Origin: Haliotis cracherodii
Taxonomy: Eukaryota
Length of the DNA stretch: 64,000 nt
Direction of reading: 5' to 3'
Assembly (NCBI RefSeq): GCF_022045235.1
Contig: NW_027266330.1
Span: 19,530,001 to 19,594,000, forward strand
Part shown: positions 33,065 to 44,924 of the stretch, piece by piece
Numbering within the stretch: position 1 is the stretch's first letter
Layout: every line of letters begins with the position of its first letter
Made by a program: the position numbers and the translations under genes
Notes under the pieces: generated by a model
The model's database searches: none
What the model saw: only the letters and a program-made list of their open reading frames with translations
Told to the model about the DNA's origin: nothing

Positions 33065-35189
33065 ACTACTACTACTACCGCCGTCCTACTACTACTACCG
33101 CGGTCATATAGCTTCCGGACCTTCCGCTCTCCGGGCAGACGCTCTACCGCTAGACCACGGAGGCGGTCCACTGGTGTAACGCTGACATACTGATAATGAT
33201 CATGGATTCCAACCTACGATCATAAGGTTTTGTTTATATTTAAAATTTTGTTTGTTCATATAGTAGTGAATATATTCCAATAAAACCTTAAGCAGAGATG
33301 GGCACTTGGGCCGCTTTATGTCATCATAAAAAATGAGTAAATCTGAAATTATTTCACACAAAAGGCCGCTTCTCAGGAACAAATAACGCAGTCCTGAGGT
33401 AGTTTCTTTGAAAACTTGTCCCCATTGCACGCACTATGGGCCAAGTAAAATAAAATGGATCACGGGCCGTAACTCTGTAAAAATAATTGACGGGACCAGT
33501 TTTCCAACTCGTTCTTGACAAGTATCTCTTAGGTGAACATGCAAGCTTTCATTCATGTAACTTCAGTAGTTTCTGAGAAAACTTCCCCATTTCACATACC
33601 ATGCACAATGTTGAAAAGCGCGGAGCAAGGGCCATAACTCTGTAAAAAATGAATGTACGACAGCAATTTTCGAACACATTTGAAATCATGACCATTACAA
33701 TCAGTGTGTAAAATTTCTGACTAAAATAGTTTTTGATAACATTTGTCCCCTTTGAGAAGCGGACGGACGGAAGGACGTGGCGAGGGATAACTACGTCAAA
33801 TATAACGTGGTGGCCTCAAGAGGGTTCCATACTTGTGGCAAGTTTACAAGACGGCTCAGTCGTGTATTGCAGCCTGCACAGGTTAACTTATTTCCACCGA
33901 CCTGGAAGCTTCCTCCAGGGCCGCTAAGACACACGATGGAATTTGATGTTACTCTCAAAGATAGATTTACCACTACAGATGATTTTTAGATATTTTAACA
34001 CTTTAAATTAACATTTTTTTCAAATGTTATGATCCATAATCGTCGTAGATCCAGAATATGCTAAGACGTGTGTTGATTGGTAACGTATAACATATTGACG
34101 TAATACAATAAAAGAGTCACAAAGAAGCATAACGGGATTTTCCGTCCAGCCTTCCAGTCGTCCAGATGACCTTATTGGCAAATCAGGTCATGCCAAAACA
34201 ATGTTCTTATCCTCGGAATTTCCCGGAACGAGATCCGGTTTACCGACGAACCTGTGCCTTCCCTTATTCCCCTAGGTGCCAACATGGCAGGCTGCGCAGT
34301 TGTTAAATACACGTGTTGGCCTGCGCAGTTGTTAAACACACGTGTTGGCTGCGCAGATCAGATATATAAATAATGTTTGCATTATTTCATTTATATGAAC
34401 GATTAAATCATAGTTATGCAGGAGTTTCTTTAGTTTGAAAATCTTTATACTCAGTGAACATATTGTCTACACATTTTACCCCATTTTTTGGCTAGTGTTG
34501 GTTTCATGTGAAACGCGCACGTCCAGCGCAGCTGAAATATTTGTTTCGGAAGCGAGTTTAATGAAACTGTTTATGCATAATGATGAATGGTGAAGCCAGC
34601 ATGTAGAGGATGAACAATATTGATGAATATTGATGAAGATTGATGAACTTTGTAACTCACGAGCGAACGCCCTGTATTACGGGATAGACCAGTTGATTAT
34701 CTGGGGCAGGGGCCTTTGGATTTAATGAAACCCTTGCCTGGATTAGCATCGGCGGGTACAGGTCAAGTTGCGAACAGATCAAGTTAACATACAATTGCAA
34801 AATATGAAAAAAGAATTCACCATCAATTTGAGTCCACAAAATTGATTGGTCATAGTTTATATAAACTCTTATAATATATAACTTCCAAATGTATAACTGA
34901 TAAGAATGTTTCAAAATGGGGGTGCGCACTCCTGCAACAATACCACCCCCACCCTCCGTCCTTTAAATGTTTTCGTAACTGAATTTGATGCAGGTGAAAA
35001 TTGGCTGAATGAACCAATAACCGCAGTGAATGATTATTGCTTAACGCCGCATCAGCAATTGAGCAGCTGTTCGCGACAGAGACACGTTATATATAGATTA
35101 TCAGAGATCCACATACAGGGTATATGGTCTATTATACATACGTACGTACGTATCTAAAAACCTACCTACCTACCTCCCTACCTACCTAC

Positions 35190-36412
35190 AGGGTAATGGT
35201 CTGTGATCACCATATACATACCTACAGGGTACATAGTCTGTGATACCATAAAAGCTACCTACAGAATACATCGTCTATGATTACTATAAAACCTGCCTAG
35301 TGGGTACATGCTCTGTGATTACCATATACGTACCTACAGGGTACTTTGTCTGTGATTACCAAGTACCTACCTACTGGGTACATGGTCTGTGATTACCATA
35401 TACCTACCTACAGAATACATGGTCTGTGATACCATAAAACCTACCTACAGAATACATCGTCTGTGATTACCATATACCTACCTACAGAATACATGGTCTG
35501 TGATTACCATATATCCACCTTCAGAGTAAATGGTCTGTGATTACCATAAACCTACCTACAGAGTACATGGTCTGTGATACCATAAAACCTACCTACAGAG
35601 TACATGGTCTGTGATTACTATATACCTACCTACAGAATACATGGTCTGTGATTACCATATACCTACCTACAATATACATGGTCTGTGGTTACCATATACC
35701 TACCTACAGAATGCATGGTCTGTGATTACCATATACCTACCTACAGAATACATGGTCTGTGATTATAACTACCTACAGAGTACAGGGTCTGTGATTACCA
35801 TATACCTACCTACAATATACATGGTCTGTGATTACCATATACCTACCTACAGAATGCATGGTCTGTGATTACCATATACCTACCTACAGAATGCATGGTC
35901 TGTGATTACCATATACCTACCTACAGAATACATGGTCTGTGATTACTATATAACTACCTACAGAGTACAGGGTCTGTGATTACCATATACCTACCTACAA
36001 TATACATGGTCTGTGATAACCATATACCTACCTACAGAATGCATGGTCTGTGATTACCATATACCTACCTACAGAATACATGGTCTGTGATTACTATATA
36101 ACTACCTACAGAGTACAGGGTCTGTGATTACCATATTACTACCTACAGAGTACAGAGTCTGTGATAACCATATACCTACCTACAGAGTACATGGTCTGTG
36201 ATTACCATATACCTACCTACAGAGTATATGGTCTGTGATTACCATATACCTACCTACAGAGTATATGGTCTGTGATTACCATATACCTACCTACAGAATA
36301 CATGGTCTGTGATTACCATATACCTACGTACAGGGCACATGGTCTGTGATTATCATTTACCTACCAACAGAGTACATGGTCTGTAATTACCATATACCTA
36401 CCTACAGAGTAC
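35190..36412. repeat. 37-bp minisatellite (~32 copies)
   Basis: Unit atatacctacctacagaatacatggtctgtgattacc. Confidence 0.95.
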
Positions 36413-36569
36413 GTGACCAGAACATACGTTTTTTTATCATGAGAGCCGTATATTCAGAGTAAATGTTCTGTGATTGTCAGACCCGCATAGTCATTGTTGT
36501 CGGAGAACTACCTGCGGAGTATTTGGTCTCGGATTAAACGTATCAGTGAAGTTTGTGGGTCCACAGTGG

Positions 36570-36665
36570 GTAATCAGTGCTGAATTACATAGTTATGATG
36601 TTGTATGTTTAACAGAAACCTGGTTGCACCATGCTATTCTCGTCACTGATATTACACTGATTCCA
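36570..36665 (+). pseudogene. LINE APE endonuclease fragment
   Basis: ELHSYDVVCLTETWLH, closely similar to the motif at about 8420-8460. Confidence 0.6.
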
Positions 36666-37579
36666 TTTTCAAACGTAGCCTGTATTAAGGAATATATTTT
36701 AGATCTTAAATCAGAGTTTTACGGACAGCCTGAGCTGAGGCGCGCGTGGATATGTGTTGACAGTTTTAACGTACTTAGTGTTAAAACCGAATGTTTGCGA
36801 GGATTAATACGATTTCTGAATTCAGTTACAACAGTAACCGTACATGTGTTGTTTACATTAAGTCATTTCATTCACATTTGTTTGATTATGTCTTATACTT
36901 GTTTTAGGATGGAAGGTACAGTTACCAAATAAAATATGCTGAAATATCAATTCATTATGACCATATTTTATAATCTATTTTTTAAAGTAACCCTCCTTAC
37001 ATTAAAGATAACTATCTAAAGAATATAGTACTTAAAAACATTGCAACAAACCGAATTATCAAGGAGGAGACTTTATACTGAGGGGGGCGCGAAATACATC
37101 CGCCCGGGGGAGATTTTATTTCAGAACGGATTCTCCGGGGGAGAATCTGTACCGGTATAAAATCTCCGGGGGGAGAATTTGTACGGGGGAGAGTTTATAC
37201 CAGGACACCGGCGCGGTGTGCATGCTGGCAAGAGTCTCGCTCTGATAACAGCTGTTTAATGTACGCGTGCTGGTTACGTCATCAGTTGATAAATCTCGCG
37301 AGGAATGCCGTGACTTAGCAAGTGCATGGGTCCCGAGAACGGGTCTTCTTACGTCAGTGAATGGTGGTATTTCATGATACTAACATATACTTAGTGATCT
37401 ATAGAATTCGTCTCTGCAGACTGAAACCTGTTTCCCACATACATGTGACCGTGCCATAACTAATTAACAAACCCAACACCCCTCCCTAATCGTGATATTA
37501 TGATATTCATTATCTGATAACGTGAACATATATGCTTCAGTATCCGTTTCATATAACTGTGACACATGCCTTCAGACTT

Positions 37580-37740
37580 CACGGGTAGCCAAGTGGTTAA
37601 AGCGTTCGTTCGTCACGCAAAGACTAGGGTTCGATTCACGACATGGGTACAATGTATGAAGCCAATTTCTGGTGTCCCCCGCCGTGATATTGCTGGACTA
37701 TTGCTAAAAGCGGCGTAAAACCATACTCACTCACTCACTC
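37580..37740 (+). mobile_element. SINE family A
   Basis: Head and tail match the other family A copies. Confidence 0.88.
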
Positions 37741-38159
37741 AGATTTCAGACATATCCTTAAAAATAGGAGCTGATGCAGCTCTTTGAAAGAGAGTAAAAA
37801 GTCTGTGGTCACAGCTGGCTAATGTGAAAGTGATATATGAAAAAACTACAAAAATTGGGTTTGTAATTCGAGTAACTTTTTTTTGTTTATTTTTTATTCA
37901 GCAATATCTCAGCGCCACGACGGCATTATAATAGTTTAATAATAGCATTTTGTCGGGCAGATTTGATTGAATTATTGTAACCGAAACAGATGGAGGGCTT
38001 GGAACTCTTCTTGCCTTGTCCTGAGTTTGTTAAAACATAACATAAAATGAGTTAATTGTAGCATCTAAATGTTGCAATATGTTTATCTGTTCACAGTTAT
38101 AAACCTATGTAAGTTATTCCGATCAATTAAGTAAAATATCAAAATCACACAAGCCGGAA

Positions 38160-39270
38160 TTCCCGTCACAAATGTCAACCATTCTCACCACACAAGTCAT
38201 ACATTCCGATCAACTAGTCAACCATTCCCATCACACTCGTCAACCATTCCCATCACAAAAGTCAGACATTCCCATCACACTCGTCAACCATTCCCATCAC
38301 AAAAGTCAGACATTCCCATCACACCAGTCAGACATTCCCATCACAAAGTCAACCATTCCTATTACAAAAGCCAGATATCCCATCACAATAGTCAACCATT
38401 CCCATCACGTAAGTCAGACCTTCCGATCAACTATTCAACCATTCCCATCACAAAAGTCAACCATTCCCATCACTAAAGACATTTCCATCACACTAGTCAA
38501 CCATTCACATGACACAAGTCAGACATTAATATCACAAAGTCAACCATTTTCCATCACAAAAATCAACCATTCACATCACAAAAGTCAACCATTCACATCA
38601 CACAAGTCAACGATTCCCATCACAAAAGTCAGACATTCCTATCACAAAGTCAACCATTCACATCACAAAAGTCAGACATTCCGATCACACTAATCAACCA
38701 TTCCCATCACACAAGTCAACCATTTCCATCACAAAGTCAACCATTCGCATCACAAAAGTTAATCATTCCCATCATACAAGTCAACCATTCCCATCACAAA
38801 AGTCAACCATTCCCATCATAAAAGTCGACCATTCACATCACAAAAGTCAACCATTCCCATCACAAAAGTCAGACGTTCCCATCACAATAGTCAACCATTC
38901 CCATCACAAAAGTCAGACGTTCCCATCACAAAAGTCAACCATTCCCATCACAAAAGTCAACCAGTCACATCACAAAAGTCAACCATTCACATCACAAAAG
39001 TCAACCATTCACATCACAAAAGTCAGACGTTCCCATCACAAAGTCAACCATTCACGTCACACAAGTCAACCATTCCCATCACAAAAGTCAACCATTCACA
39101 TCACAAAAGTCAACCATTCCCATCACAAAAGTCAGACGTTCCCATCACAAAAGTCGGACGTTCCCATCACAAAAGTCAACCATTCACATCACAAAAGTCA
39201 ACCATTCCCATCACAAAAGTCAGATATTACCATCACACTAGTCAAGCAGTCCCATCACACAAGTTAGATA
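38160..39270. repeat. 21-22-bp minisatellite (~50 copies)
   Basis: Unit caaaagtcaaccattcccatca with an agac variant. Confidence 0.95.
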
Positions 39271-39590
39271 TACCATGGGGGAAAGAGTCGTTAAAAGAAT
39301 AATTATTCCAGAAAATACATTAATTAATTTTTTTAATTGTTTTCAAAAACATGCTGGACATGCTGTACACCCTGAATACAAATGGTAGTTTCCAGGGGTA
39401 AACCTTGCGTGTCTCACAGCGGTGACAGAGACAACAACAAAAAACAAAACCTGACATAATTCCCCCCGGGGAATGGAACCAGAATACACCATCGACATCG
39501 ACATTTCTGACATTGAGGTGTCATACCCTTTTCTGAATAAAAGTATACAACAATTTCAGCTTGCATGTTATCTTCGTGAGTGGACAATAA

Positions 39591-39753
39591 GAGTGAGTGA
39601 GTATGGTTTTACGCCGCTTTTAGCAATATTCCGGTAATATCACGGCAGGGAACACCAGAAATTGGCTTCACACATTGTACCCATGTCGGGAATCGAACCC
39701 GGGTCTTCGGCGTGACGAGCGAACGCTTTAACCACTTGGCTACCCGACCGCCC
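39591..39753 (-). mobile_element. SINE family A
   Basis: TSD ggacaataa on both sides. Confidence 0.9.
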
Positions 39754-40743
39754 GGACAATAAGAGGCGACTGAAATGCCACATGGGTATCGCATGGTCAA
39801 AATGGATGCTTCTTGGAGAGGTCATAACTTGGGGAAACCAAGCATCATCAGTGACCCGGGTCAGGTGGTCCCTAACGCTGCCCTATAATTATTTCATAAC
39901 CATAATGATCATATTTCAATAATACATATTGATAAAGTACAAAACTTATTATTTAAATATGAAGATAATTATTTTGAAGCATAGTGTTTTAGGAGTATTA
40001 CAATATTTAGAACAATGTCAGTTGTATAGAATCTTTCACTCGTCTGGCTTCCAGACCCTTGAGAATTAATTAAAAAGGGAACACAACTCAGGTCTAGAAT
40101 GATTTGGCAAGTCTAGCCTGAAATTAAGTATTGTTCTTGGCTCCATTTGGATTGTATTTTATTTTTTGGAGATATATATTTTTGAATAAGATTTTATTTC
40201 TGGAAATAAATGTTAGTCTTAATCTTCACTGAAACGGACGGAAACTTATAATTGCAATCACGCGTTGCATTAGACTTGCACACGTCTCCAAGGCAATACT
40301 TATTAGTTTAAATCATAATTTCTAGATTATATATAACAAGTTGCCATTATGTAAGAACGTCATCGTTAGACTGTCCGCTTCCCTCGACTTGCATATTATA
40401 TGTGTAGGATTACTATACATCCATGGCCTTATCGTTCAGTATTGCCTTGGGGCAAGGCTAGATTTACACAAGTCTCTAAGGCATTAATTAGAGTTTAAAT
40501 CATAATTTCTAGATTATATAAACAATAAGAACAAGTTTTCCCTATAAAATAATGTCGTCCTTAGACTGTCGGCTTATCTAATCTGTCCTACTATAAGGAT
40601 AGAATTACGATACACCCATGGACTATCGTTATATACAGCCTAGGAGAAAGGCTAGCGTTGTTTGTACGGTGCACAAGTGAAATTGTAATCTTCGCGGTGC
40701 TGTTGGGCATGTGCATTGCATTACTGATGTCATGACCCTCTGA

Positions 40744-41023
40744 GGGAGCACGGGTGGCCCAGTCGTCTAAGGCGCCGCGATTCGCTGTGCAGAGTTGCGT
40801 CCCTTGGGCACGCCAGAAACCTATGATGGTGGGTTCGAATCCCGGTTCGCCCCAATTATGTTTCTAGGTTTGTCAGCACCATACCCGTGCTCGTGGGTTT
40901 CACCAAAGTGGTAAACGTCTAAGACCTGCATCACTTCGGGCTTTCCTCCCACATTAAGCTGACACGCCGTGATATAACTTAAATACTGTTAAAAGCGGCG
41001 TTAAACCCAACTCACTCACTCAC
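40744..41023 (+). mobile_element. SINE family B, full length
   Basis: TSD tcatgac(c/a)ctct. Confidence 0.9.
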
Positions 41024-41192
41024 TCATGACACTCTAACCTCATCAGTGCATGAACGCAGAATAAAGGGTTACTGGGTGCGAGTATAAAAAATAATATATC
41101 GTATCTGCATACATCAATATTTATACAATTGAATAAATGCGCATATAACAATAACGCTTCATGGTGTTGTGAAATATCAATAGTTTAAAGTA

Positions 41193-41364
41193 CAGTAAAC
41201 TACGGTTATAACGAACACGCTTATAACGAACTGACGGATAGAACGAGCTTACTATTTTGGTCCCGACTATTTGCTGTAGTAATGCTGTATATATGCTTAT
41301 AACGAACTACGGTTATAACGAACTAAAACTAGTAGTCCCTTTGAGTTCGTTAAAACCGTAGTTT
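41193..41364. mobile_element. Tc1/pogo-type MITE, right end truncated
   Basis: Inverted copy of 9941-10102. Confidence 0.75.
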
Positions 41365-41712
41365 CATTTGCCGGAACAGGAAATAGTCACTGGGGGCTAA
41401 GTCTGGGCTGTAGGGTGGGTGATTAAACAGTACAGCCCAGACCTCGACCCCAGTGACTATTTCCTGTTCCGGCAAATGAAATCTGTCCTACGTGGAAGAC
41501 GCTTCCAGGATGACGAGGGTATAAAGGCTGCCGCAGAGGCGTGGTTAGAGGGCCAATCTGCGGGTTTCTATAAAAGTGTTATTTAAAGCTTGAAGGACAA
41601 GTGGAATAAGTGTATTGAGGTGAATGGAGATTATATTGAAAAATAAAAGTGCAAAAGATATTTTGCGACTTGGTCTTATATTGAAGTTGCAAAACTTATT
41701 GAATGCCCCTCG
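41362..41712 (+). mobile_element. Mariner transposon 3' fragment with local inverted duplication
   Basis: YSPDLDPSDYFLF...LRGRRF...WNKCIEVNGDYIEK*, followed by a TIR ending gcccctcg|TA. Confidence 0.85.
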
Positions 41713-42269
41713 TATATCATGGCGTGTCGGCTTCAAGTGGGAGAAAAACCAGAAGCAATTTCAGGTCTCAGGCGTTTAATTACCACTTTGGTAAAACTCA
41801 CGGGTAGTGATGGTCGATAGCATGAGCATGGATGTCAACANNNNNNNNNNNNNNNNNNNNNNNNNNNNNNNNNNNNNNNNNNNNNNNNNNNNNNNNNNNN
41901 NNNNNNNNNNNNNNNNNNNNNNNNNNNNNNNNNNNNNNNNNNNNNNNNNNNNNNNNNNNNNNNNNNNNNNNNNNNNNNNNNNNNNNGAGCANNNNNNNNN
42001 NNNNNNNNNNNNNNNNNNNNNNNNNNNNNNNNNNNNNNNNNNNNNNNNNNNNNNNNNNNNNNNNNNNNNNNNNNNNNNNNNNNNNNNNNNNNNNNNNNNN
42101 NNNNNNNNNNNNNNNNNNNNNNNNNNNNNNNNNNNNNNNNNNNNNNNNNNNNNNNNNNNNNNNNNNNNNNNNNNNNNNNNNNNNNNNNNNNNNNNNNNNN
42201 NNNNNNNNNNNNNNNNNNNNNNNNNNNNNNNNNAGTGGTGGCCGATAGCATGAGCACGGCTTGTTGAGT

Positions 42270-42505
42270 GAGTAGTACTAGTAGTAGTGGTGGAAGCAGT
42301 AGTAGTAGTAGTGGTAGTGGTAGTGGTAGTGGTGGTGGTGGTGGTGGTAGTAGTAGTAGTTGAGGTTGTAGTAGTAGTGGTGATGGTAGTAGTAGTAGTG
42401 GTCGTTGAGGTAGTAGTAGTAGGAGTAGTAGTGGTGGTGGTAGTGAACATGGTTAATAAAACGGCTTCTTGTGTGAGTAGTAGTAGTAGTAGTAGTTGCA
42501 GTAGT
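42270..42505. repeat. (GTA/GTG)n microsatellite next to gap 41841-42233
   Basis: Direct sequence. Confidence 0.9.
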
Positions 42506-43384
42506 TTTATGTAATATATCTATAATTTTTCTTGTTCGTTATATAGTTGACACGTCGCAGCGACATTTGCCGTAACAAACGATTGTCCAATGGTTAATGT
42601 TTTTATGTCATCACCCTCAGACACATCAGTGTTAAATACTGCACCAGTGCTGTTAACAACCTGCTGTTACCAAGCAAAATGATCTTAACGCATGTTCCTA
42701 AACAAACACTTCAGTTACATACTAAACCACACGACACAACAGCGCGAAACAGACCAGATGGTGGCACAAATAGAATACCATGAACATACAGCTCGTTACC
42801 TACTTAGCCAATAATGTAAACAAGGCACGCGCAGACGTGATGTGACACGCACGTTCTGCACGAGACGTGTTAACAGCATACCAGTGCCAGACGGTAATTT
42901 GATCTACTGACAGACGACGGTAATTGCTCGAGACACATCACGTGACAATGGCATGCCATTCATAAAGTACTTTAAGACATAACATGGTAGTACGCATGTG
43001 TGTTTTGACGACATTCCTGTCTGGAAGGCGAATGTTTGGTGGTTGAAAGGACTTGCTTCGCTGACAGGGTGAGCGGTAAGGACAGCTTTTCTCTGTTTTA
43101 TTCAGCGGTGCATCTAGTTTAACTTAGGTTGCCTCTAGAACAAAGGTTCTCCTTTATTCGTGAAAGCTTATTGTGGGATGGAGGCCCTGAGTAACGCTAG
43201 ACACCTGTGATAAGGAAATAAAGATGCTAACATGCCCATTATTAAGAAATAATTAAACAATACCATTCACTTTTGAAGTCTCCTCGTTTCGGCGTTACTG
43301 CCAATCATATGATTCGTGTTTTGAAACGATTATATCCGAGCCATTACGAACAGGAACAAGTGATAACAGTAATCGAATGGATGT

Positions 43385-43712
43385 GGCGATGAAGATGGTG
43401 ACACTGATGAAGGTGATGATGATGATGATGATGTAACAATGATGAATGTGGGGGATGATGATTATGATGTTANNNNNNNNNNNNNNNNNNNNNNNNNNNN
43501 NNNNNNNNNNNNNNNNNNNNNNNNNNNNNNNNNNNNNNNNNNNNNNNNNNNNNNNNNNNNNNNNNNNNNNNNNNNNNNNNNNNNNNNNNNNNNNNNNNNN
43601 NNNNNNNNNNNNNNNNNNNNNNNNNNNNNNNNNNNNNNNNNNNNNNNNNGGGGGATGAATGTGGCTCAAACCACAAGTCTACCCCAATTATCAAGATGAT
43701 GATGATGATGAT
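43385..43712. repeat. (GAT)n-rich tract around gap 43473-43649
   Basis: Direct sequence. Confidence 0.8.
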
Positions 43713-44780
43713 TTTGTTGACAAATGCAGGGCTCTATAATTACGATCCCGACTGACAATCTGACTGTTTCTGTATATGTTCCTCTTCATCATCTTCAGTT
43801 ATCTCACGGACCTGCCATAAACCCATTTTAACGAGAAGACGTTCCCCCCTTTTTGCTTGATGATAGATTTCACATGGGCGTTAAATTAACCATATATTTC
43901 TTTACAAACACACTTACATGACAGAAGCTAGACTAACCAAAAATCAGTAAAGTTGCAAATACCTCCAGAATTAAATAAAACTTATGCAAACCGACCTTCA
44001 TCTTCTATAGAGGGATAAAAAAACCACCTAGCCATATTCTCTCATTTCCGCCTCCACAAACAATATCGTCTGCTCCGACAGATTAAAATGGCGGCGTTCG
44101 CCGGCTCCTTCAAAGTCAGAAGTTGAAGATTCCTAACACAAGCAACAATGCCGACATCGGCGATTACAGTGAATCTCTTGCCCATTCTGTTGCCACGGTT
44201 ACCTACGGTATCCCCTCGTTTACTCCAGCCAGCTGCCTAGTATCAGATTGCTCTCATACCAAGTTTGGCACATGTCTAACAATACAGGTCTGACTCGTCC
44301 CTTACTCTCCAAATATGTCCAAAGCTGCTGTAAACGTAGGCCCTAGCAACGGCACCGCTACTGTCCGCCATATTGAATGGAAAGCAAATGGCTTGGATTA
44401 AAGATTTGCGCAATATAATTTTATATAAAACTATAAGTTACAGTTTTCATTTTTAAAGCAAATATAGTCGAAAGAGGTATTAAATGCATGTTATTTATTA
44501 CCCTGAGAATTATTATTACTATTTTCGAAACTCGTTCTTCTTCATGCCTTGAGCTGAGATATATTGTTACCTTTTTGCGTCACTTCCGTTTAAATGGCGT
44601 AAATGATAGGTAGACTAAGTTGTATAGAAAGGAACCACAAACTGTTAAATCTCAATCGTCCCTTCTCATTCATGTTGACAAACAAGATGTCAACAATAAC
44701 CAAACATTGCCATAACAGAGAAGTCTTAGAATGGCTTAACAAGAACAGACGTACGACCTCAGGCCATCACCCCCCTGCTT

Positions 44781-44820
44781 GCCACGCCCCTATTGTAAAA
44801 ATGGGCTCGTCCTATAAATA
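44781..44820 (+). promoter_or_regulatory. Core promoter of the myosin essential light chain gene
   Basis: Sp/KLF box GCCACGCCCC (44781-44790) and TATAAATA (44813-44820), about 100 bp upstream of ATG|GTAAGT. Confidence 0.7.
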
Positions 44821-44921
44821 CAGTCGATGCTTGATGAAGCACCACACGGCATTTTTAGCATTCCGTGGGTAGTCCTTTCTCGATCAACCATCTTTACGGC
44901 AGCAGCGAAAGAACATACAGG

Positions 44922-44924
44922 ATG
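44922..44924 (+). CDS. ELC: ELC coding exon 1 (ATG only)
   Basis: gATG|gtaagt downstream of the TATA box; phase 0 matches exon 2. Confidence 0.8.

Noticed and set aside
35190-36412. CRISPR-like appearance of the 37-bp array (also 22-, 28- and 61-bp arrays)
   Set aside because: Head-to-tail repeats without unique spacers, no cas genes, eukaryotic context.
38172-38693. 173-aa His/Ser/Thr-rich ORF
   Set aside because: Translation of the 22-bp minisatellite.
41805-42260. Matching gatagcatgagca on both sides of the N gap
   Set aside because: Probably a collapsed tandem repeat; content unresolvable because of Ns.
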